From positions 1 to 17,723 of the forward strand of contig JBJCIZ010000061.1 of the NCBI GenBank assembly GCA_051294375.1: a stretch of 17,723 bases of DNA, given 5' to 3'. A program made the translations under genes and the position numbers. How positions within the stretch are numbered: the first letter of the stretch is position 1; every line of letters begins with the position of its first letter. Source of the DNA: Paraspadella gotoi. Its lineage: Eukaryota > Animalia > Chaetognatha. The notes under the pieces are model-generated. The model ran no database searches, was not told where the DNA came from, and saw only the letters and a program-made list of their open reading frames with translations. Below are positions 1 through 7,799 of the stretch, in pieces.

Positions 1-36
1 ATTCGTGGAGGATTTATCTCGGGTTCAAATCCCACA
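1..36 (-). repeat. First 36 nt of element 1 3' LTR
   Basis: 1-36 matches 5753-5788 at 33/36. Reads TGTGGGATTTGAACCC on the minus strand, directly after the PPT. Confidence 0.9.
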
Positions 37-45
37 TCCCCCCCT
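37..45 (-). other. Polypurine tract of element 1
   Basis: Minus-strand AGGGGGGGA immediately before the TG of the 3' LTR; element 2 has AGGGGGA at the same place. Confidence 0.88.
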
Positions 46-186
46 GACGAAAACATCGCGGTTTGCGGAAAGTATGGGCTCAATTAGGTAAGCAAAAGTG
101 ATTTGAGGACTAGATATAAATTCGTAACTAATATATACATATATTACATTAATAAATAAAGGAAAGGAAATGAATTAAATTCAAAC

Positions 187-3100
187 TCACTCGATATCCA
201 AGAGGTGACGTATCACTGCGTTGTAATTTGGTTTCGAGATATTGTTTATAGTTTTGTAAGAAAAATCCGAAGGTTGGGGGCGTGAAAAACGCTCGAATCG
301 AGGGCGTGGCCGCTCGTCCGTTTCTTCCGTTGGCGCTGACGCCGGAAATGACGCCGGGGATGGCGGCGGTGCGCCGAAAGTTAGCGTCGGAGCAGTGGAG
401 GATTCTCCAGAGACGCCGTCGCGTGGAACGGAAGTAAAAGGAGGAGCTTCTGGTGGCGCTGCTGGTTGTGACGTATTGGGGAATGCATCGTCGAGGTTCT
501 GAAGCATCTCTGCATCTTCATCGTCGTCTTCCTCGAGGTCCTCGTCGATAATTTGTCGATTTTGTTGTTGGCGAGTTTCTGATCGAGTTTGCCTCGTCGT
601 CGGAGGAGGTCGACGGTTCGTGGGCCCGGACGCCGGCCTGGAGGAGGAGGTGACGGAGGAGGTGAGGGCTGAGATGCTCGTTCTTCGCCTGTTTCGTCCC
701 TCCAAAGCGTCGCTGGCTTTATTCTGGCGATGGCAATCGTCTCGATCCCTCGGCCGGGAATTTCGACTTTAAAGTTTAAGTTATCGCGCTCGACCACTCG
801 ATAGGGTCCTTGATAGGGCGCCGTTAGCGGAGGATTGACGCCGGAGCGTTGAACAAACACGTGTGTTGCATCGGCGAGAGTGTCTGGGAGGTAGAGGCGA
901 GGGACTCGATGTGTAGAGGTTTCTATGGGTTGAAGGCGCTCTACTTCTAGTCGAAGATTGTCGCGTAATATCCGGCGGCTCTCATGGAGTTGTTCGTCGG
1001 CTACTGGGGGAGGAAGAAGGTCCCCTGGCACTGCTAGGCCCTCTCCGAATACCAATTGTGCTGGAGAGGCGCCGATGTCGGGTTTAAGTGTCGTACGGAT
1101 CGCTAGGAGTGCCGAGGGTAATCTCCAGAACCATTGGTTGGGTTAGAGTCATTGAGCCGAGAGAGGCATAAGGAGCCTCTTTTAAGTGCCGATCGGATCT
1201 TCCGAGACTAATCCATTGGATTGTGGATGGTAAGCGGCTGTCTGATAATGTTTGATTCCCCACGTTTGTGTGAGTTGAGTCCAAATGGCCGTCGAAAACT
1301 GAGCGCCTCTATCTGTGGTAATTGCCGCTGGAATGCCAAACTGGGCGATCCATCCATGTGCGATGGCGTCAACAACGGATGTAGTTGACATGTCCTTCAT
1401 GGGAATTGCGGCTGGCCATCGAGAGAACCTGTCGACGACTGTGAGAAGGGAGCTGAAACCGNNNNNNNNNNGCATGAGCGTGATATCCACGTTCAGGTGA
1501 TGAAATCGTTTGGCAGGGACCTCGAATTCTCCTATATTTGGAGTCACGTGACGCGTGACTTTCGCGCGTTGACATTGGAGGCACTCTCGTGCCCAACGGG
1601 TAGCGTCTGCCTTTAAAGATGGCCATACGAATTTGGCGGCGATCGTTTCACGCGTGCGAGCGACGCCGGGGTGGCCCAGGCCGTGAATGGCGTCAAATAT
1701 CTTTTTCCGCCAGGATTCTGGCACGAATGGTCGCGCTGGGCCATTGGAGACGTCCACAAATAGTTCTTGATCGCCGACGCTGACCTTGCGGAATTGAAGA
1801 CCCGTTCTGGCGTCGTTTGAGNNNNNNNNNNAATCGCGATCGAGTGTCTGGTGGCGCGCCATTGCTTGGAGGTCAACGCCCTCTTGCCCGATGGCGTTGA
1901 CGGTCGCCTGGAGGTCTTGGGACTTCTCCTGAGGAAGCGGACGGTCGACTGCTGCGATCGGAGGCGGATTGGGTCGTGATAGCGCATCCGCGACCACATT
2001 GGCCTTTCCGCGGATATGGCGTATGTCGGTCGTAAATTCTGATATTACGGATAGCTGGAAATTGTGGCGTGTCGTCTGTGGTTCGGCGCGCTTATGTAGG
2101 GCGTGGATTAACGATTGGTGGTCCGTATAGAGGGTAAAAGACCTACCCTCTAGCCAATGCCGAAAGTGACGGACCGCTCGAAAGGCGCCATAGAGTTCCC
2201 TGTCGAACGGTGGCCATCTACGCTGTGAGGCGTCGAGTTTGGCGGAGAAGAACGCCAGGGGTTCCCACCCCTGTGGCGTTCTTTGTTCGAGGACCGCGCC
2301 CACTGCTATATCTGAAGCGTCGGTAGTGAGCGCTAGTTGGGCGTTTGTTCGAGGGTGACGAAGGAGGGCGGCGTTGGCCAGCGCCTCTTTAATGGCGTCG
2401 AAGGATTTGGAGCAAGCTTCCGACCAGTTAAGTTGCTTAGGCTTGCCCGCGAGGATGTCGAAGAGGGCCGCGGCATGGTGAGCGGCATGTGGTATAAACC
2501 GGCGATAATAATTCACCATGCCCAGGAAGCGTTGCAACTCTTTGACGGTTGTGGGCGGGTTGGTGGCGCGAATAGCGTCGACTTTTTGAGGGAGAGGTTT
2601 CACTCCAGTGGCGTCGACCAAATAGCCTAGGAATTCGAGTGATGGTTGGCCCAGAATACATTTTTTTCTGTTGATGACTAACCCGTTGTCGGCGAGAGAG
2701 TCGAAAACGGCCTTCAGGTCACGAAGATGCTCCGCTTGATCNNNNNNNNNNACGAGGATATCGTCTAAATAGACGTAAGTGTGCGGTATATCACCCAAGA
2801 TTTCGTCCATCATCCGCTGGAAATCTTGCCCCGCATTTTTGAGGCCGAAGGGGGTGCGGAGAAAGACGAAAAGGCCGAATGGGGTGATAACCGCCGTCTT
2901 GGGTATATCCTCTTCCGCCACGGGGATCTGGTGATACCCCTTCAAAAGGTCTATTTTGGAAAATACTTTTTTGCCTGCTAACTCGGCGTTAAAATCCGCC
3001 AATAATTTTACAGGATATTTGTCATCCTTCGTGTTGGCGTTCAGTCTGCGGAAATCTCCGCAACATCTCCATCCACCATCGGCTTTGGGGACGCAGAGGA

Positions 3101-3782
3101 GCGGAGACGACCAGGAACTCTTTGCTCTCTTTGCGACGCCCAGCGCGACGAGTTTTTCCAACTCCGCTTTTGCCACCGCCAGTTTCTCTGGGGGCAGGCG
3201 TCGTGCTCGTGCCTGACAAGGTCGACCGAAGGTTGGAATATGGTGTTTGACACCGTGCTTCGGCTCCTTGATCTCGAAGGTAGGCGTGGCCAGCGTTGGG
3301 TACTGATCGAGGAGTTGGTAGTAGGCGTTATCTTTCTCCTCGACGAAATTCACATGGGAAGGAGGAGTAACGTCGGATATATCGCAGGAAATCGTTGACA
3401 AGTCTCTAAGATCGATGAGAGTTCCATCTCGGTGATTCGGAGCTAGATAGAACTCCGCTAAAAAATCCGCTCCTAATATACTTTGTGTGACATCTGCCAC
3501 AAGGAAGTCGAATGCAAATACTCTCGTGCCAAGTACCACTCGGCGGCGGACATTACCGTAGGCATTAATTGGCGTTCCGTTAGCTGCTTGAAGCTTTGGG
3601 CCGATTGGGCCCGCCACTCGCTGGGCGGTCGTCGGTGGAACTAACGATACAAGGGCGCCTCCGTCGACGAGCCAGTGGCGACCGTCGGTGGCGTCCTTTA
3701 CGCGCAATAAGAAGTTGTCCGGTGAATCTGCATTGGCGCGGGGCACAGCGTTCNNNNNNNNNNGCCCGCGACGCCATTTCCC
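187..3782 (-). CDS. pol: Pol polyprotein of element 1 (protease, RT, RNase H, integrase with GPY/F motif and long tail); split by indels near 1200-1060 and ~615
   Basis: ORF 1182..3746: WLVDGGA (PR), FSKIDLLKGYHQ/PFGLKNA/YLDD (RT), TDASD/TDHQ/NVVADALSR (RH), HGLGH...CLQC, NVD and TDRG (IN). ORF 381..1055 has PYQGPYRV. ORF 187..705 holds the tail homologous to element 2. Indels may be sequencing errors or decay. Confidence 0.93.
3738..3782 (-). promoter_or_regulatory. Putative -1 ribosomal frameshift signal of element 1
   Basis: G GGA AAT in the gag frame (3782-3776), 6-nt spacer, then GCGGGC...[N gap]...GTGCCCCGC stem; same layout as elements 2 and 3. Confidence 0.7.
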
Positions 3783-4884
3783 GATGTCGTGTCCTTGCGG
3801 TCACGGCGTTCTCCCTTGCGGGCGCATCCGCGTTCACAACGAAAGGCGGCGTCGCCAAACTTGAGGTGCCACCTGCAGATTTGTTTGAGGCGCGCGTTGG
3901 GCGGTCGAGTCGATGTCGACGATCCGTTTGAGGCGCTCTGGCGCCACGTGTTTTGCTGAGGACGGCCTTTATCGCGGCGCTGTCCCTGGATTGCGTTGAC
4001 GCCGGCGTCGGCGTCGCCTTCTGAGTCGCTCGTTGACGAGTCGATTGGCTTATCCAGTGTAGCGGCGTTTATTGTCGAGCTCGGCGTCGCGAGAGTTGGG
4101 CGACCTTCAGCGTCGAAGAACTTGTCGGCCGCCTCTGCTAGTTGGGCCGCCGTCCAGTCGTCGACTTTGTCTTCGAGAGATCGCCTCACCTCTATAGGTA
4201 AACCTCTAATTATCGTCTCTTTCTTTAGATCGTCGATTGTGACGGTTTTCGTCTTCTCCTCCAATCGAGCAAGATGTTGAGATGGCTTGAGACCGTCTCT
4301 GGCGAAGCCGTCGAGAAAAATCGCCGCCTGTTGGCGTGGCGTAGTGCCATATCTTTACGTAAGTAGGCGATGAAAGCCGTCCAATTTGCTTCGGTAGGTT
4401 CTCCATAAAGGTAGGAGTTAATACGTGGATTAGCGTCAACGCTAATTTTAGATTCAAGGTGCGCAAATTTCTCGCTTGCCTCTTTAATGTTGGCGCGGAT
4501 GTACGCGGCGTCGACCCTTCGAATCCATATCTCTATGTTTTTTGGGTCGAACGCCGGCAACTCGGGTTTCTTCTTCTTTTCCAGAGCTTTCAACGCCGTG
4601 GCTAATGCTGAACGGAGCGCCTCTGTTTCGTCGGCACCGGAAGCAGTTGCCATCTCTTCCTTGGCGTTGTTAAAGGCTCGGAGGTTCGGTGACGTCGGTG
4701 GAAAGGCGAAGAATCTGCCAGGAGACGCCGGCGGATAAAGAAAAGCTGAGCCGCCTGCTGAGGTACTGGGATCGCTTGGTGAAGTCTCACGGGAGATGCG
4801 GCCTCGGCCGGCGCCTTTGGGGACGTTGAGTGTAGCCTGTTGACGCTGGCGGGAAGCTTGGCGCGTCTCCCTGGGCTCGCTCAT
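3752..4884 (-). CDS. gag: Gag of element 1 (one 1-nt frameshift near 4352; stop inferred at the edge of the N gap)
   Basis: ATG at 4884 (MSEPRETRQ) just downstream of the PBS. KPELPAFDPKNIEIWIRRV aligns to the Gag of elements 2 and 3. Continues in ORF 3698..4264 with the CRWHLKFGDAAFRCERGC knuckle. Confidence 0.88.
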
Positions 4885-4920
4885 CGATAGATTGGGCGTG
4901 TGTGGTTGGATTGGTTCGTC

Positions 4921-4933
4921 GTCGGGATTACCA
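4921..4933 (-). other. Primer binding site of element 1 (tRNA-Trp-like)
   Basis: Minus-strand ...TCTACA-T-TGGTAATCCCGAC; 11/13 to TGGTGACCCCGAC, the complement of the metazoan tRNA-Trp 3' end (recalled). Confidence 0.8.
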
Positions 4934-5579
4934 ATGTAGATGATAGCGAATAAACTCACTTTGGAAGCAGCTTGAATGTCGAAGTGCTTATGACGAGGCT
5001 GTTGGAGGTTCGTATGGGGAAGTCCTGAGGGGCGCAGAGAGGGAACTCGAAGGTTCGAAGGACGTCCACAAGAAGTACACGAAGATTGGCGCGCGTGGCG
5101 TGGAAGAAATCGCGTGACGTAAGCTTCGACCAAAAAGTTTTTATTTTTTCGAGTAGTTTTTCTGGACTTGATAATAAAAGTTCGAGTAACCAATTAATTT
5201 GGTTATTAAGTAAATATCAGGACCTTAATAAATAATCAACAGCATATAGATATTCATACTGCTTTTGTCAGCAAGCAATGAGAATATCTATATGTATAAA
5301 ATGCAATGGAATCAGTATTGATTATTAAGCAATAATAAGTATTAATAGAGCAATTGTTGAGACTACTATAGGCTTAGTAATTCGCGAAGGTTTTTATAAG
5401 TAAATGAATTGTAGAAAAGATTAAGCTGGATTTAGTCAATAAGTAGAACAAGTAGAATCAGCTGATGAATCCTGTTTGGATCAGATTGCTCTTTTGTTTA
5501 TGATAAACAAAAGGTAAACAAATAATAAAAGTGATGTTCAATCTAATATAAAGATTAACAAGTAAAAATAATCTTTGTT

Positions 5580-5655
5580 ACCAGAGTGGCGACATTGGTT
5601 GAGGCTCGGCAATGGATACAGGGTCCGAGTTCGAGACTGAGTCGCTGCTCCTTTT
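5580..5655 (+). ncRNA. Degenerate tRNA-like Pol III unit in LTR 1, antisense to the element
   Basis: A-box-like TGGCGACATTGG at position 8 (5587), B-box GTTCGAGAC (5629-5637), ACCAGAG/CGCTGCT ends pair 5/7, 71 nt, followed by TTTT (5652-5655). Cloverleaf is poor, so not a functional tRNA. Confidence 0.5.
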
Positions 5656-5722
5656 ATTTATTTTATAATTTAATTATAATCGATTCTAAAACATAACGAA
5701 TTGTTTTAGAGTAAAAATATCG

Positions 5723-5788
5723 ATCGGCCTGGCCGTCGGCAATCATCAAATAATTCGTGAGGAATTTATCTCGGGTTCAAATCCCACA
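5723..5788 (+). promoter_or_regulatory. Second tRNA-like A/B-box unit at the outer end of LTR 1
   Basis: A-box-like TGGCCGTCGG at 5730 and consensus B-box GGTTCAAATCC at 5774-5784, 44 nt apart; the B-box is also present in the 3' LTR copy (22-32). Confidence 0.5.
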
Positions 5789-5935
5789 GGGTTAGGGTTA
5801 GGGTTAGGGTTAGGGTTAGGGTTAGGGTTAGGGTTAGGGTTAGGGTTAGGGTGGTTAAGGGTTAGGGTTGGTTAGGGTGGGTTAGGGTTAGGGGGGTTAA
5901 GGGTTAGGGTTAGGGTTAGGGTTAGGATTTAGGGT
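5789..5935 (+). repeat. Telomeric (TTAGGG)n tract, ~24 units
   Basis: Perfect GGGTTA units 5789-5852, then a mix of perfect and variant units (TTAAGGG, GGTTGG, GGATTTA). Confidence 0.97.
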
Positions 5936-6606
5936 TGTAGGCGATTCCGACCGACTTATTGTTACAGAAAAAAATCGTCCCCGACAGGATTCGATCCTGG
6001 GATCGGAGGCCTTGGGAGTCTGGATTTACAGCTCAGAGCTAACCAGACAACCGATCGATTCCTTTTCAGAACTCCTATTTTAAACTTTAATAGAAACAGA
6101 AACTTTTGTTTATTCAAGATTGAAACAAACCCTGAAGATGGCTCAGTAGTATTATCTGTTTTTGTTTCTGATATGTTTTCTTTGAACTTGTTAACTGAAT
6201 AATTCAGTCTCGATTCCTGTGCTTTATCTCAATGATAATAAATACTTTATCACATAAACTGCTTTTAATTAATTCATCTCAATGTAAAGACATACATTAT
6301 ATGAAAGATGAAATGAACAAAAATGAATCGAGTGAATTGTTTTTATCTTCTCATACTTCATTAATGAAACAAAGATATTCAACTACATGAAATTAATCTC
6401 TCATTAATATCGACTTAATAATAATTCATTAATTAATCATTAATCGATCTCGAAGTGAAAAGAAACAAATCTCTAACTACACTCTACATTTTCCCTGCAA
6501 CGCAATACATAGAATGCTCTCAGTATTGTAAACGTCTTAGTACTGTATCGTTCAGTCTGGCCAACACTCCGTCACGCTTGTGGCTGGCCTCATATGTCTG
6601 GCCACA
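5936..6606 (+). repeat. 5' LTR of element 2 (~671 bp; may end at 6608)
   Basis: Starts TGTAGGCGATTCCGAC (repeated at 11938) and ends GCCACA(CA) before the TGG of the PBS. Confidence 0.85.
5968..6048 (-). ncRNA. Degenerate tRNA-like Pol III unit in LTR 2, antisense to the element
   Basis: Minus strand: GTCTGGT-TAGCTC...CAGG-ATCGAAT-CCTG-TCGGGGACG, 73 nt (6048-5976), with a T-arm hairpin, B-box GGATCGAATCC 44 nt after the TAGC A-box start, then T7. Confidence 0.55.
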
Positions 6607-6608
6607 CA

Positions 6609-6621
6609 TGGTGAACCCAAC
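6609..6621 (+). other. Primer binding site of element 2 (tRNA-Trp-like)
   Basis: TGGTGAACCCAAC right after the LTR end; 11/13 to TGGTGACCCCGAC. Confidence 0.75.
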
Positions 6622-6713
6622 TACGAAGCAAACCAACCAAGTAACATCAAACGAAGGGGATTCACAACGAAAGATTACCACTTCTGAGACGGAGATAAAA
6701 GGCGACGCTACTC

Positions 6714-7784
6714 ATGAGCGGCTCAGAGCTCCGGTCTCGACTCCGCTCGGCCCAACGCGACGCCGACGACGCAGCTAAACTACAGCTACCAATTGGATTC
6801 GGACGGGGTCACAGATCCAGATCGACCTCGCCAGCTTTTGCAGACGCCGTCCCCGCTTTCAGCTATCCAGTAGGCAACGCGAATAACGAGGACGTCAACA
6901 TGGCGACCGGCGGCGCTGTCGAGCGCGATATTCATGACGAAAACGCGGAACTGCGCGCCGCGCTGGCCGCCGCGACTCGCGCCCTTGAACGAGCGGCTAA
7001 TCGCAAGCCAGATCTCCCGGAATTCGACATAACGAACATCGAGATATGGATAAAGAGAGTCGAGGCGGCGTACACTCGAGCAGGAGTGACGGCGCCCAAA
7101 AGCAAATTTGCGCACCTCGAAAGCAAAATTGGAATCAACGTCGACGCTAAGATTAACCAATATCTATATGGCGACGCCAACGAAGCGACATGGTCTCAGT
7201 TCCTCGCGTATCTGAGGCAAGAATATGGATTTACCAGGCGGCAGCAGGCCGCCACCATCTTGGATCCGCTCGACGTCGACGGCGTCAAGCCGTCAAGGAT
7301 GCTTGCACAGCTAGAGGAGAAAACTAAAACGTTATCTCTCGACGATGTGCGAAAAGAAAAAGTATTAAGAGAACTGCCAAACGACATCCGCCGGCAACTT
7401 GAGGAAAAGGCCGACGAGTTGACTGCCAGTCAACTATGCCAGCTAGCCGATCGCCATTTCGAAAACGACGGAAGCTTGAAACTCCGCCAGACGACATCAC
7501 TCATCAGCAACGTCGAGAGAGGTCATCAAGGTCGAGTAGAGTCGGATTCAGACGACGAGGAAGGCATTAACGCCGTCGACAGACATCACCGAAAGAACGC
7601 AGGCGGAAAACGGCGCCAAAATCAGAATCCAAAGGCCAAGAGCAAAAACAAGCTGACAACACTCTGCGCGAAACACGTCAAATTCGGCGACGAGGCCTGG
7701 TCTTGCGACCCAGGTTGCGCCAGGTTTGACGAGGTCCAAGCAAAAAAGAAAGAGGGAAACTCCAAAGGGGGGCGCCGCAAGTGA
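6714..7784 (+). CDS. gag: Gag of element 2, 356 aa, intact
   Basis: Open ORF downstream of the PBS; CAKHVKFGDEAWSCDPGC is a C-X2-H-X9-C-X3-C knuckle; homologous to the other two Gags. Confidence 0.93.
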   Translation: MSGSELRSRLRSAQRDADDAAKLQLPIGFGRGHRSRSTSPAFADAVPAFSYPVGNANNEDVNMATGGAVERDIHDENAELRAALAAATRALERAANRKPDLPEFDITNIEIWIKRVEAAYTRAGVTAPKSKFAHLESKIGINVDAKINQYLYGDANEATWSQFLAYLRQEYGFTRRQQAATILDPLDVDGVKPSRMLAQLEEKTKTLSLDDVRKEKVLRELPNDIRRQLEEKADELTASQLCQLADRHFENDGSLKLRQTTSLISNVERGHQGRVESDSDDEEGINAVDRHHRKNAGGKRRQNQNPKAKSKNKLTTLCAKHVKFGDEAWSCDPGCARFDEVQAKKKEGNSKGGRRK

Positions 7785-7799
7785 ACGCCGCCGTCCCCC
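7754..7799 (+). promoter_or_regulatory. Putative -1 ribosomal frameshift signal of element 2
   Basis: G GGA AAC in the gag frame (7754-7760), 6-nt spacer, stem GGGGGGCG (7767-7774)/CGTCCCCC (7792-7799); pol is in the -1 frame. Confidence 0.82.

Larger units (their letters stand above)
1..5788 (-). mobile_element. Ty3/Gypsy LTR retrotransposon, element 1 (CsRN1-like); 3' LTR cut off by window start
   Basis: On the minus strand: 5' LTR (TG...CA), PBS, gag, pol (PR-RT-RH-IN), PPT, then a 3' LTR start matching the 5' LTR start at 33/36 nt. Confidence 0.95.
4935..5788 (-). repeat. 5' LTR of element 1 (~854 bp)
   Basis: Starts TGT at 5788 (matches the copy after the PPT) and ends ACA at 4935, one base before the PBS; AT-rich interior. 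Confidence 0.85.

Noticed and set aside
4885-5193. N-terminal 103 codons of ORF 4225..5193
   Set aside because: Runs through the LTR and PBS; homology with the other Gags starts at ATG 4884.
5685-5711. TCTAAAACA/TGTTTTAGA hairpin resembling the start of a Cas9 repeat (GTTTTAGAG)
   Set aside because: Single copy, no spacers or cas genes, AT-rich eukaryotic LTR.
5789-5935. Telomere-telomere fusion site
   Set aside because: All repeats are on one strand; there is no TTAGGG-to-CCCTAA inversion.
5580-6048. Functional tRNA genes or self-encoded RT primers in the LTRs
   Set aside because: D, anticodon and acceptor stems are broken, and their 3' ends match their own PBS no better than tRNA-Trp does.
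6455-6778. 107-aa ORF upstream of element 2 gag
   Set aside because: GTG start inside the LTR, crosses the PBS, no motif; the Arg-rich end is an alternative frame of gag.
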